Shown here: piece after piece, positions 48,511 to 58,109 of the stretch
Numbering within the stretch: position 1 is the first letter of the stretch
How the letters are laid out: the number at the start of each line of letters is the position of its first letter
From: a virus
IMG/VR virus record: IMGVR_UViG_3300044729_001198
Location: 64,001-128,000 of that record
Direction: 5' to 3' (one strand)
DNA length: 64,000 bases
Position numbers and translations under genes: made by a program
The notes under the pieces: generated by a model
Told to the model about the DNA's origin: nothing
Database searches by the model: none
What the model saw: only the letters and a program-made list of their open reading frames with translations

Positions 48511-50412
48511 TTAATATTTCATGATTTTATAGAATTTTGTTTTAGTATCAGTTGACATCATTAACACATACACACCGGTAGGTAATTTTGTCAAATCATA
48601 CTTGGTGCTTGTAACACCACCTTGGTTGATAACTTCATTATGTTGTAACAACCGACCATCAAGTGTAAACAATCCACTTGATAATTTGTGTTGTTCAGCC
48701 ATGTAGTAATCAACCAAGATATAATCGGTGGCTGGGTTAGGGAATGTTCTGAAACCATCTACTAACTCATCCAACAATTCACTCTTACCTCTTCTATAAA
48801 CAACAGTAGCGTCTACAGGAGTTTTGATGATATTTAAGTCATCTGCGTTTTCATCACCAGCTGCTTTTGAGAATACACGAATGGGACTCTCTTCCCAATT
48901 GGTTGATTTAATTTTAAATTTGAAACTAAATACGTTGGTTACGCCGGTAACAAGAGCGGGGTCCATTTGTGATTCATGACCACCCCATAAGATTTTACCA
49001 TCTTGATTAGACAAGAATGATGTCCAACGACTCATAGTCTCACCCATATCCAATGATTCGAATTCAAAAATGTTAGTATCAAACTCAAGACCAATTTGTG
49101 CAGCACCAATTGAATTACCATGAGTAACTAAAGTTACAGGAATTGTAGCGGTGTTATCAGCAGATACGTTTAATTTAGGAATTACAAACTGAACTGAATC
49201 ATCAATGTGTTCAATCATTCGCTGTTGGTCGAGAACGTATTGAGTTCCAGTTCCACCTTGAGCAATTCTGGCAACCAAGTAAGATGTTGTGTTGTAACCA
49301 GTAGATGTAACATCACCTAATACATAAGAATGGTATTGTAATGAATCTAATCCATTAATTACTTTATCAATTGTGTATACACCAACCTTTGATGTTAAGA
49401 ATGTACTTGAATTTGATACGATTGAATCATATTCAGTCTTTCTCAATAATTTAACGTTATATTCACCTGATACAAGATTGTTCCAAGTCGTATCCATTTT
49501 GGCTAATCTATTGAAAACCAAGAATGCGTCAGATGTAGTCAAAGTTCCATTTCGGTTTACGTCACCTTCTTGATACTCATAAGAAGCTGCAGTATCAGAT
49601 TGTACTGAAATGTCAGCCAATCTATATGCATCTACAATAGATATAGCTGAACCATCTTTTAGAGAGTCGGTAGCGATTGTCAATTTAACATTGTAATATG
49701 AAGTGTCATATGGAATCACCACGTTTACTTTACCAGTAGAATCGGTTCTGAACGATGTTCCGGCTAACCAAGTAGAAGATGCTTTTTTCTTGTAGTGGTA
49801 TTTGGCGGTAATCCCTTTAGTTCCATTGTTTTGAACGTTTTTAACAATGAATGGGAATTTCAATTCCGGTTGTAAGAAAGCACCACCATAAGAATACATA
49901 CCCAAAGTTACGTCAATACCGGCACTTGTGGTAGCCAAGTTATTATATGTTGTAGTACCAATCAACTCAAGTGAATCTACAGTAGCAGGGTCAAAGGTTG
50001 ATTTATGAGGTAACTTAACCATGAAAATAGCACCATTGGACCATCCGAACGTAGTCGAGTTTCCGGTGTAAATCAAGTTAACGTTAACCCAGTTTGATGA
50101 TGAGTAGTATGCACCATACTTTGAACTAACAGCAGTTGCTACAGGCCCCCACTTTACGATAGGAGTTTTGAAGTTAGCATTATCATAGAAGAATCTAACC
50201 TGAATACCTGTAATTTTATTTGAGGTTGGGTTATTGAAGTGTAAATAGATAACAGTTGTATCTTCAAGTTTAGAACCTTGAACGAACGTGGTATCAACCA
50301 AGAAATATGGAGAGCTCGAAGCGGGGGCAGGGAGAACTTCGTTCTTACCATTCTGCCCAAACGCTGACACACTCACCCATATTGTAGTTAACAATACGAG
50401 TAATTTTTTCAT
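48511..50412 (-). CDS. T9SS cargo: cohesin-like x2, dockerin-like, type A sorting domain
   Basis: Signal ending FG-Q; ITGIQVRFFYD; GDVNRNGTLTTSDA; IPVTL..IGAAQIGLEFD; TFPNPATDY..DGRL..LPTGVYVL..KIMK. Confidence 0.85.
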   Translation of the reverse strand: MKKLLVLLTTIWVSVSAFGQNGKNEVLPAPASSSPYFLVDTTFVQGSKLEDTTVIYLHFNNPTSNKITGIQVRFFYDNANFKTPIVKWGPVATAVSSKYGAYYSSSNWVNVNLIYTGNSTTFGWSNGAIFMVKLPHKSTFDPATVDSLELIGTTTYNNLATTSAGIDVTLGMYSYGGAFLQPELKFPFIVKNVQNNGTKGITAKYHYKKKASSTWLAGTSFRTDSTGKVNVVIPYDTSYYNVKLTIATDSLKDGSAISIVDAYRLADISVQSDTAASYEYQEGDVNRNGTLTTSDAFLVFNRLAKMDTTWNNLVSGEYNVKLLRKTEYDSIVSNSSTFLTSKVGVYTIDKVINGLDSLQYHSYVLGDVTSTGYNTTSYLVARIAQGGTGTQYVLDQQRMIEHIDDSVQFVIPKLNVSADNTATIPVTLVTHGNSIGAAQIGLEFDTNIFEFESLDMGETMSRWTSFLSNQDGKILWGGHESQMDPALVTGVTNVFSFKFKIKSTNWEESPIRVFSKAAGDENADDLNIIKTPVDATVVYRRGKSELLDELVDGFRTFPNPATDYILVDYYMAEQHKLSSGLFTLDGRLLQHNEVINQGGVTSTKYDLTKLPTGVYVLMMSTDTKTKFYKIMKY

Positions 50413-50416
50413 GAAA

Positions 50417-50665
50417 TTATCCCTCTGATTCTTCGTTGTTCTTTTTACCACCGAAAATCTTACCAGCTTCAGCGATACCAAAAGCACCCAAGGTAATCAT
50501 TACGAACGAATTAAAAATCGTGTCGCTAATGATGAGTTGATTACCCATAATACCTGTTACGATGTCAGCTCCGGCGAAAATAGCCATTACTGTGAATGAT
50601 AGAAAACCTACGATAGTCTTCTCGTTAAAATCATTTTTGTCTTTGAAAATGTCCCAAAATGCCAT
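50417..50665 (-). CDS. 2-TM membrane protein (holin-like size)
   Basis: NEKTIVGFLSF..LGAFGI. Confidence 0.6.
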   Translation of the reverse strand: MAFWDIFKDKNDFNEKTIVGFLSFTVMAIFAGADIVTGIMGNQLIISDTIFNSFVMITLGAFGIAEAGKIFGGKKNNEESEG

Positions 50666-50734
50666 AGTTGTTTCTCCTTTATTAACGGCTACATAACAAT
50701 TCCAAAACTAATTCCAATATAAATATATCAATAT

Positions 50735-50768
50735 AAAAAGAAACCCTCCTTGTTAGGGGAGGGTTCTT
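50735..50768 (-). terminator. intrinsic terminator
   Basis: AACCCTCC/GGAGGGTT 8-bp stem followed by TCTTTTT on minus strand. Confidence 0.7.
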
Positions 50769-50789
50769 ACTATGTTTAATTTTCGATGA

Positions 50790-51389
50790 TTAAACGATAT
50801 CTTTAGATTCAATCAATGTATAAGTGAATGACTTACCATGAATTGCTCCAGCTTTTCTACAAATAGCCATAAACTCTTCAAAGTCAGCCGCTCTTTTGAA
50901 TACTTGACATCCTTCGGACCAGTTTTCTACATAAGTAGAATCAGCACCTGCCTTGTGGATGTTGATACCAAATACACCTTCTTGAATTTTAGTCTCATCA
51001 TAGTTCATGTCACGGTTTGCGTCACGATAAACTTTTACGGGCTTTTGTTGTTTCAATGCTTCGTACTTACCTTGGTGTAATCCCAAAGTATGTGAACCAC
51101 GATATTGACCAGGAACCAAACGAGCTACACCAGCAGCGTTATGATATTCCTTAACACCTTTAGTTCCAGGATCGGTAGTGTTTACCCATTCTTTGTAAAC
51201 CCAAACACCATTTTCTTTGTAAGATACTGAAATAGCATCATCAAATGCGTTAGTAACTTTAGTTCCGGTAGCAGAGTTTCTGATACCAATGATGTTCAAA
51301 TCGAACCCTTTGTTAGAGGCGTCTTCGAACCACACATAACCTTTAGCTTTTACAGCTTTTTCAATTTGTTCTTTTGTGTACTTTGCCAT
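50790..51389 (-). CDS. putative peptidoglycan peptidase (YkuD/L,D-transpeptidase-like catalytic motif)
   Basis: TTDPG, GINIHKAG..WSEGCQV (H..G..S.GC). Confidence 0.55.
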   Translation of the reverse strand: MAKYTKEQIEKAVKAKGYVWFEDASNKGFDLNIIGIRNSATGTKVTNAFDDAISVSYKENGVWVYKEWVNTTDPGTKGVKEYHNAAGVARLVPGQYRGSHTLGLHQGKYEALKQQKPVKVYRDANRDMNYDETKIQEGVFGINIHKAGADSTYVENWSEGCQVFKRAADFEEFMAICRKAGAIHGKSFTYTLIESKDIV

Positions 51390-51402
51390 TTTATTAGTCT
51401 CC

Positions 51403-52014
51403 TTATTTTAGCCACCCATAATACTTGAGTGTTTTTTCCTCACGGTCGGCTAACCCATGAGTTCCACCATTAATTCTTTTTGTCAATGCAAGAATGGTAT
51501 CTTTATTAACACCCTTATCACAAATATCCCATAATTTATTTCTCTCAAAGAAAAACAAAGCAGATTCAAAAGCAAGTTCATTTGCTACTAAATCAGGTGT
51601 TGTAATGATTTCGGGTTTGTTTAAATATTTTGAGAACGCTTCGTAGTTAGCTTTACCAGTTAATTGTAGAGCTCCTCTACCACGATATTTCCAACCATCA
51701 CCTGATGCTTCATTACCATTACCCATTCGGTCAGCATATACTCGATTAGCAATCTTTTCAGGTTGTCTAGCATATGATTCTTCTAAATTTCCAGGAAAAT
51801 ACTTACCAAAGATTCCTTGTAATCCTTGAGCTGAATAATTTAGATTTTCAGAGAATGCTTTAAATCCACCAGTCTCATGTGATGTTTGAGCAAAGAAATG
51901 TGCCGCTCTTTCGGGTGTAAACTTGTAGTATGTCATAGCTGCTTTTAAAGTTCCGGGCCCAAAAGCACCATCAGCATTTACACCAATTTTAGTTTGTAAC
52001 GATTTTAAACTCAT
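51403..52014 (-). CDS. GH19 endolysin with short PG-binding N-terminus
   Basis: LQTKIG..DG.FGPGT; FAQTSHETGGF; YRGRGALQLTGKANY; RINGGTHGL. Confidence 0.92.
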   Translation of the reverse strand: MSLKSLQTKIGVNADGAFGPGTLKAAMTYYKFTPERAAHFFAQTSHETGGFKAFSENLNYSAQGLQGIFGKYFPGNLEESYARQPEKIANRVYADRMGNGNEASGDGWKYRGRGALQLTGKANYEAFSKYLNKPEIITTPDLVANELAFESALFFFERNKLWDICDKGVNKDTILALTKRINGGTHGLADREEKTLKYYGWLK

Positions 52015-52049
52015 AGAACTCCTATTTTAGAAATAAATATGTTAATATC

Positions 52050-52619
52050 TTATCTTTCGATTTGTTTTAATTTTAATATATTCAATTTTGGACGAGATGG
52101 TAATGCTATATCAGTTTGCCAGTTTAATGGTGGTTCTTTATCATTTTTATCATCTCTATTACAATCCGGTGTCATTTTATAAAATAATAAATCACCATTG
52201 GAATCATTTTTTCTAACAACATAATCTGATAAATCTACAGCAACTACCGATTGTTGTTGATATGAGTAATATAACCAAGAACCTTCAACTGCTCTTTTAT
52301 ACAACCACTCTGAAATAGTATCAAGTCTATCAACTCTTTCTATTTCCTTATCTATGATTGTATTGTATTCAATTACTCTATTTGTATAATATATCAACAA
52401 GGTATCTCGGATTGATATTATAGAATCTTTAACTCTCGTGTCAGCTTTATACTTTGCTATTTTAGCTTTTTGACTTTCAAATATAGAATTAATTGTATCA
52501 GCTTGACCCTTTGTCAAAATAACAAAAGTATCACCATCAATTACCTTCTGAATCGGGTAACTTGATTGGCTGAAACTCAAATTCCCTACCATTATTAATG
52601 CTATTAACAGTCCTCTCAT
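52050..52619 (-). CDS. exported coiled-coil protein (spanin-position)
   Basis: Signal ending FS-Q, overlaps 3' end of upstream TM/coiled-coil gene. Confidence 0.55.
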   Translation of the reverse strand: MRGLLIALIMVGNLSFSQSSYPIQKVIDGDTFVILTKGQADTINSIFESQKAKIAKYKADTRVKDSIISIRDTLLIYYTNRVIEYNTIIDKEIERVDRLDTISEWLYKRAVEGSWLYYSYQQQSVVAVDLSDYVVRKNDSNGDLLFYKMTPDCNRDDKNDKEPPLNWQTDIALPSRPKLNILKLKQIER

Positions 52620-52914
52620 CTTTCAATTCTTTCTTAATGTTTTTAACAACAGACTTGGTACTATCTAAATCCCCAATAACCTCGGATACCATGGTTTCGA
52701 GGTTTTGTTTTTCTTCTACAAGTTCTTCATTTTGAGTTTCTAATTTAGAAACAGTACTACGCAATGATTTATTTGCTGTGGTTAATTGTTTATTCTCATC
52801 GGTGAGTTGTACGTTTTCTTCAACAACGACAACGTGACCATGACCACTTGAAAATATTTGTAAACAAACCAATGCTACAAATGCTGTGATTACTATGAGT
52901 ATCTTTCTTTTCAT
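52537..52914 (-). CDS. putative i-spanin (TM + coiled coil)
   Basis: Single N-terminal TM, long heptad region, in lysis cassette. Confidence 0.55.
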   Translation of the reverse strand: MKRKILIVITAFVALVCLQIFSSGHGHVVVVEENVQLTDENKQLTTANKSLRSTVSKLETQNEELVEEKQNLETMVSEVIGDLDSTKSVVKNIKKELKDERTVNSINNGREFEFQPIKLPDSEGN

Positions 52915-53156
52915 TTTTTACCACTTAAAAACATGATAACGATTTCTTTTAAACTTTTAGAGTTTTCGGTACTTTCGGTCAATTTCTCTTCCAATGAATC
53001 ACGATATTCCTCTTCCAAGTATTCTACTCGTTTTCTATACTCTTCTTCACTCTGCATTAGTTTGTTTAAAAACACCCAACACAAATAACCCAATCCTAAA
53101 ACGGCAAAACCCAATACTCCATATTGAGTTAATACTTCAAACGGACCAAAAGACAT
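52911..53156 (-). CDS. holin-like single-TM protein A
   Basis: FEVLTQYGVLGFAVLGLGY..W then charged tail. Confidence 0.55.
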   Translation of the reverse strand: MSFGPFEVLTQYGVLGFAVLGLGYLCWVFLNKLMQSEEEYRKRVEYLEEEYRDSLEEKLTESTENSKSLKEIVIMFLSGKK

Positions 53157-53344
53157 TATTTCTTACGTTTCTTTGTATTATTTAATTCTTCTTTTAGTCT
53201 GTCTTTTTCAGCCCACTGGCGTTTTAAAAACATCCAAGCTACATACCCAAGCGCAAGTACAGCTAATCCTAACGGACCGTAATCACCCAATTGATTAAAT
53301 ACACCAAAATCAGGTACGGCCGGTTGTACTGAAGTTGTATCCAT
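53156..53344 (-). CDS. holin-like single-TM protein B (paralogue of A)
   Basis: FNQLGDYGPLGLAVLALGY..W, basic C-terminus. Confidence 0.55.
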   Translation of the reverse strand: MDTTSVQPAVPDFGVFNQLGDYGPLGLAVLALGYVAWMFLKRQWAEKDRLKEELNNTKKRKK

Positions 53345-53411
53345 CGTACTCCTTTATAAAATATATGCAGCCACAATATGTGGCCGCTTCTGACTATTCT
53401 AATATAATAAT

Positions 53412-53990
53412 TTACTCTTTCGAGTTACCATTGTCGGTAGCATATTTAACACCCATAATAGTACCAACTATTGAAAATGCATTTGTCAAAAGAATACCAA
53501 ACATATTGCTCCATGTAGAACCTATGATTTGCGTATCTTGACCAGCCATCATTGCTATAGCGTACATTACCGATGTAATTACACCCACCCCAATTATCAC
53601 AAATAAAGCAACCCTAACAATCGTACCTATTAATTCAAATTGAGTTCGTTTTTGCATTATATCAAGGTCATCGAGTGCTTTGTCTTTAGCTTGTTCAGCT
53701 TGACTTCTTAACATTTCAGACTCATCTAATGCAACTCTCAACTCTTCCATCAATTTAGACGTGTTAGCCGCTGCTACTTCTAATTCTTTATTTTGTTGTT
53801 GTACTTGTTTTGTTACTTCTAGTCTCTTTTTACGAGAAGAAACATCTCTAACAATACAATCTTTTAGATAGGTTTCAAACTCAACATCACCGGCTTCGGC
53901 TTGTAGAATCTTTAATATATTACCCTCAAGATATATTTTCTTTTTGGATAATTCTAATAACCCATCTCTCGTAACTTTTCCAACAACCAT
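53412..53990 (-). CDS. coiled-coil protein with two C-terminal TMs
   Basis: Heptads at about residues 55-115, then two hydrophobic helices. Confidence 0.65.
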   Translation of the reverse strand: MVVGKVTRDGLLELSKKKIYLEGNILKILQAEAGDVEFETYLKDCIVRDVSSRKKRLEVTKQVQQQNKELEVAAANTSKLMEELRVALDESEMLRSQAEQAKDKALDDLDIMQKRTQFELIGTIVRVALFVIIGVGVITSVMYAIAMMAGQDTQIIGSTWSNMFGILLTNAFSIVGTIMGVKYATDNGNSKE

Positions 53991-53992
53991 TT

Positions 53993-54430
53993 TTATTTAT
54001 ATATTTTAAACGGGGCTGTTTTATTTCGATACCCCTCATAGTCTTTTTTAAACTCAATTAAACGTGGTTCAATGTCATCTGATTTTATAATCCAAAACTG
54101 AGCACCAACTTTTTTTGCCTTTTCGATTTCTTCAATATCCTCTGATGATGATATGATACCAATCACACACCCATTACCATATTCATAGTTTATTTTACGA
54201 ATCATCTCAATACCATCAAAAGATGACCCGATGATGTTCAAATCAACAAACACACATTCAGGTCTTTCATGATTCACGTCATCAGGAAACCACTCCTTGA
54301 ATTTTTTATCAGCTTCATCAGATGAATCTAACGCTTCCATTGAAAGCGCTATATCAAGCAATGAACAAGCATCCTCGAATACGAGATGAAATAAATTTTC
54401 GTCATCAATTAACATTAAAGATTGAATCAT
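53993..54430 (-). CDS. single-domain response regulator (receiver)
   Basis: LIDDE, FVDLN (phospho-Asp), IISSS, IIKS. Confidence 0.9.
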   Translation of the reverse strand: MIQSLMLIDDENLFHLVFEDACSLLDIALSMEALDSSDEADKKFKEWFPDDVNHERPECVFVDLNIIGSSFDGIEMIRKINYEYGNGCVIGIISSSEDIEEIEKAKKVGAQFWIIKSDDIEPRLIEFKKDYEGYRNKTAPFKIYK

Positions 54431-55323
54431 ACCCTTACCATTAGTTTTGTTCCACAATCAGTCTTATAAGCTCTTATTTTAAAGCCGTGTTCTTTTAATA
54501 TTTCAGTACATATATTCAACCCCAATCCAGTTCCACTTTCTACCTGACCTTCTTTTCTCTGATAAGGTTGTGATAATATGTCAAACTCGTCTTGGGTCAT
54601 ACCTCTACCATTGTCCTCTATAACTATGTAGGACTTACCATCTTCGGTTGATTCTTTGTATATTTTTACCCACTTTGTTGGTGAATCATTATACTTTAAT
54701 CCATTTCTAATTAGATTATCAATAGCAGTACAAAATAAAGCTTCATTTACATCTATGGTTGGTAAATTACTATCAAGTATAACTTGGTTTTTATAAGCGG
54801 TAAGTCTTAAATAATCTTCTAATATATGTTTAATATCACAAGTGGTTTTTGTTAGTTGTGAATTTTGTTTTACAAGATTTGTAAACTCATATACCCCAGC
54901 ATATACCTTTTGAGCATGATGTAACCCATCTTCCACTAATTGTAGTGGAGCCCCAATTCCAAGTTCTTTGATTTTGTCGTCATCAAGTCTACGTCTTAAA
55001 GACTTAACACCACGAGGTAAGTAAGTGTTAATACCGCTATGCATATCATGTCTGATTATCTTTGCGGCGTGTTCAAGATATATATTTTTCTTTTTAAGGT
55101 CATTTGATGTAGTTTGTTTATTTCGTAAGAATTCCATAACCACCATGAAAAAGGGTGGCATAAACGCAATTACACATGAGTATCCAAATACGGCTAGTTC
55201 ATATGAATTTTTACAAATTCCAAAAACAATACATGATTGTACAGCGAAGAACGTAAACATAATCACAGCAGCTACTAAAAGTGCTACTCGTGACCTAACT
55301 GATATTCCATCGAGAGCCGACAC
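54427..55323 (-). CDS. sensor histidine kinase
   Basis: 2 N-terminal TMs, H-box IRHDM, N-box NLIRNGLKY, G1 EDNGRG, G2 GTGLGL. Confidence 0.95.
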   Translation of the reverse strand: MSALDGISVRSRVALLVAAVIMFTFFAVQSCIVFGICKNSYELAVFGYSCVIAFMPPFFMVVMEFLRNKQTTSNDLKKKNIYLEHAAKIIRHDMHSGINTYLPRGVKSLRRRLDDDKIKELGIGAPLQLVEDGLHHAQKVYAGVYEFTNLVKQNSQLTKTTCDIKHILEDYLRLTAYKNQVILDSNLPTIDVNEALFCTAIDNLIRNGLKYNDSPTKWVKIYKESTEDGKSYIVIEDNGRGMTQDEFDILSQPYQRKEGQVESGTGLGLNICTEILKEHGFKIRAYKTDCGTKLMVRV

Positions 55324-55324
55324 G

Positions 55325-55513
55325 TCATAGCTCCGACTTTTTGAATCCTATTTTTTCAAAAATCCACTTTGATGGACATACCTTGGTCCAAACTCCAGCT
55401 TGTAGCATTATCACTACAAATAAAACAACATACCAATTGCTCAACAAAATTGATGTCAACAATACAAGTGACATTAACAAGTATACGGCTCTAACCGATG
55501 TCCAATGTTTCAT
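55325..55513 (-). CDS. DUF2892/YgaP-like membrane protein
   Basis: Two TMs then GVWTKVCP. Confidence 0.65.
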   Translation of the reverse strand: MKHWTSVRAVYLLMSLVLLTSILLSNWYVVLFVVIMLQAGVWTKVCPSKWIFEKIGFKKSEL

Positions 55514-55628
55514 AGGGCTCCAATTGTAGCAAAAAATGCTACCTTTAATCGAATCCAAAACCGTGTCTTCCAAGGTAGTGCTTTGAATTCGGGTGTATTA
55601 AATGATTCTTCTATCATAAGAATAAATA

Positions 55629-55814
55629 TTAAGCTATCTCTAAAAAGTCAAGTGGTATATCCCATTCGATTCCAAATGGGTCTTCTATCCTACCTTCTTG
55701 CTTTTGTTCGTTTACTGATATGAGAGTCACCTTTTCTCCCACTATCAGACTTCCCCGATGATTCGAGTATGTCTTCTTTAACTTTATTTTTCTTTTTGGG
55801 TTTAAATTTTTCAT
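55629..55814 (-). CDS. hypothetical protein (SH3-like)
   Basis: Start MKNLNPK. Confidence 0.5.
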   Translation of the reverse strand: MKNLNPKRKIKLKKTYSNHRGSLIVGEKVTLISVNEQKQEGRIEDPFGIEWDIPLDFLEIA

Positions 55815-55861
55815 AACCAGCGTGTTGAATTTCACTAAAATCGAATTGATTAACATTAAGT

Positions 55862-56107
55862 TTAGCCATGTCGGATTACTTTCAGCTTTTTAATAACGTC
55901 CAAGAATTCTTCTACGGAATAAGATTTGTTTTTTTCATCTTTTATAACCACCGCTTCAAGGGTGTCTGGATATTTCTCTACCAATCGGATTAATATTTCA
56001 AAACCATGTTCGGCCCAAAAATTCTTAAACGATACTTCTCCTAATATGTTGGTTGAGTAATCAACATCTTTCTCGGTATCATCTGGTAGTAATATAAAAT
56101 ATCTCAT
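55862..56107 (-). CDS. hypothetical protein
   Basis: 81-aa ORF. Confidence 0.55.
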   Translation of the reverse strand: MRYFILLPDDTEKDVDYSTNILGEVSFKNFWAEHGFEILIRLVEKYPDTLEAVVIKDEKNKSYSVEEFLDVIKKLKVIRHG

Positions 56108-57276
56108 AGTTTTATAAGGCCATCTTCATAGTGTTTTACACGATTAACCTTTACATTAAATATGTCAAATTCGTACTCACCGATTTCAAAGTTGTTAAAA
56201 TCGAAGATTTCTGACATATTTTGGATGAATTGAAATGACTGATTTGTCATTCGTTTAACATCAAATTGTACAATAACGTCCGAATTCTCATTCACATTTA
56301 TACGTTTTGATAAGTCGAATTTAGTATTTGACTGTTCATTTTTAATATACTCAGCAATCACTTCTTGTGGTAAATCGGTATTGATTACATCACACCACGG
56401 TTCTAACATCTCTAAAAATTTCATGTCACAATTTGTGATGTCAAACTGAATATTGTATTTATGTGGAATTAACGGTTTCATGTACACATCATGTTTTACA
56501 AAATGTCCCCACTTACGAATGAAATTTCTACCATTCTTGGTCGTGGTGTGAATCCATTCTTCGGAGTTTACACCAGCAGACCCACCAGCGTGTTTGTTAA
56601 ATCTACTACCACGAGATGTAAAGTGATACACGAGAGCATCCCAACTCTGAATCAGCTGATATCCATTAAGTAGAAACCTATTGAATAAGTCGGAGTCTTC
56701 CTTTGATTGTGGAGCAAATAGTTCATCATGACCACCGATTGATAGAAAATCCTCACGATACATACACCATGGTGCAAATATACCTTCAGTAGTTTTATCT
56801 TTGTTTTGATTCTCAAGTTGTAACAAGTTTATTACGTTCATGTCATAATCATACTCATCAACCTCATTACCCCAAGCTAATGTAATCTTTTCAACACCCG
56901 GTGGATGTAATGGTGGCTCAACCCGTGTAGCTGATACAACTGTTAATGGTTTTAGGTGTTTGATAATATTCTTATCTAAATTTGGAGATGCTACCATATC
57001 AGCATGAAATGCCATAATAATTGGAGTTCTTGCCATTTGAATACCTTTATCAAACATACCAACAATTCCAATACGTTCAGGTCCATTATTTCTATATGTA
57101 ATCAGTTTGTCATCATTTAAAGAACTAATCCACTCCGATGTACCATCGGTTGAAGCGTCATCTAATACCAAAACCTCGTGATTACCACCCAGGTCTTTGA
57201 TTGATTTATATGATAATTTTAAAAACTCAAGATTATTTCTTGATGGAATTACAAATGTTATTCTTTGGTCTAGCAT
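56104..57276 (-). CDS. GT2-family glycosyltransferase
   Basis: FVIPSRNN, VLDDASTDGT, FHADM, GGHDE..EDSD. Confidence 0.9.
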   Translation of the reverse strand: MLDQRITFVIPSRNNLEFLKLSYKSIKDLGGNHEVLVLDDASTDGTSEWISSLNDDKLITYRNNGPERIGIVGMFDKGIQMARTPIIMAFHADMVASPNLDKNIIKHLKPLTVVSATRVEPPLHPPGVEKITLAWGNEVDEYDYDMNVINLLQLENQNKDKTTEGIFAPWCMYREDFLSIGGHDELFAPQSKEDSDLFNRFLLNGYQLIQSWDALVYHFTSRGSRFNKHAGGSAGVNSEEWIHTTTKNGRNFIRKWGHFVKHDVYMKPLIPHKYNIQFDITNCDMKFLEMLEPWCDVINTDLPQEVIAEYIKNEQSNTKFDLSKRINVNENSDVIVQFDVKRMTNQSFQFIQNMSEIFDFNNFEIGEYEFDIFNVKVNRVKHYEDGLIKL

Positions 57277-58109
57277 GCGTATAATTTTTTAATATAGTCT
57301 TCAAGCTCACGAGTCGGAGTCCAACCCAAGATTTCCATGGTCGTAGAATCCGTGTTTAATGTATGTAGTGCTTCTCCCGGCTTACCATCTTTGTAAATAG
57401 GATTAATACCGAACATCTTTGCAACTTCATTTACTGAAATGTTTTTACCTCTACCCAATTCAAATTCATAACCATATGATTTCTTTTCCATAATCAATAC
57501 CAACGCATCTACAATGTCATCTACATGAGTAAAATCTCTACGTTGCTCACCATTACCATAGATTTCACAAGCAATACCTTTACTCAAGTTATTAATCCAC
57601 CTACCAATTAAAGTGGTGTAACCCCCTTCAAGTAACTGATGTGGTCCGTAAACATTGTAGAACCTAGCAATAGAGGCTGATAATCCAAAATGGGTCTGAT
57701 ATAGAGTAATAATATCCTCACCCAAATCTTTTGAGAATGTGTATGGGTTTTTAAATCTACCGCTGTGTTTAGAAGAAGACCCAGCATATATTAATTTAAT
57801 ATCATTGTTTATACAAAACTTAACAACCTCGTATGTTCCGTTAAAGTTTGTATTAATATAATCTTCAGGCATTTCGAATGATGGTTGAATTCTAGCAATA
57901 GCTGCCATATGAAATACTACATCAAAATCCGTATCCATTGTGGATATGTGTTGAATATCACCAACCCAATACCGACAACCACTTATTTCATTAGATTTAA
58001 GACCGGTCGAATAGTTGTCTAACGAAGAAACATCATGACCATCTTTTAATAATCTTTTGATGAGGTTTGTTCCAACAAAACCAGCACCACCTGTAACTAA
58101 TATTTTCAT
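57270..58109 (-). CDS. NAD-dependent epimerase/dehydratase
   Basis: TGGAGFVG, YTFSK, RYFN-like RFYNVYGP, RDFTHV. Confidence 0.95.
   Translation of the reverse strand: MKILVTGGAGFVGTNLIKRLLKDGHDVSSLDNYSTGLKSNEISGCRYWVGDIQHISTMDTDFDVVFHMAAIARIQPSFEMPEDYINTNFNGTYEVVKFCINNDIKLIYAGSSSKHSGRFKNPYTFSKDLGEDIITLYQTHFGLSASIARFYNVYGPHQLLEGGYTTLIGRWINNLSKGIACEIYGNGEQRRDFTHVDDIVDALVLIMEKKSYGYEFELGRGKNISVNEVAKMFGINPIYKDGKPGEALHTLNTDSTTMEILGWTPTRELEDYIKKLYAC

Noticed and set aside
52050-52619. Canonical o-spanin call
   Set aside because: No lipobox Cys after the signal peptide; kept only as an exported protein in spanin position
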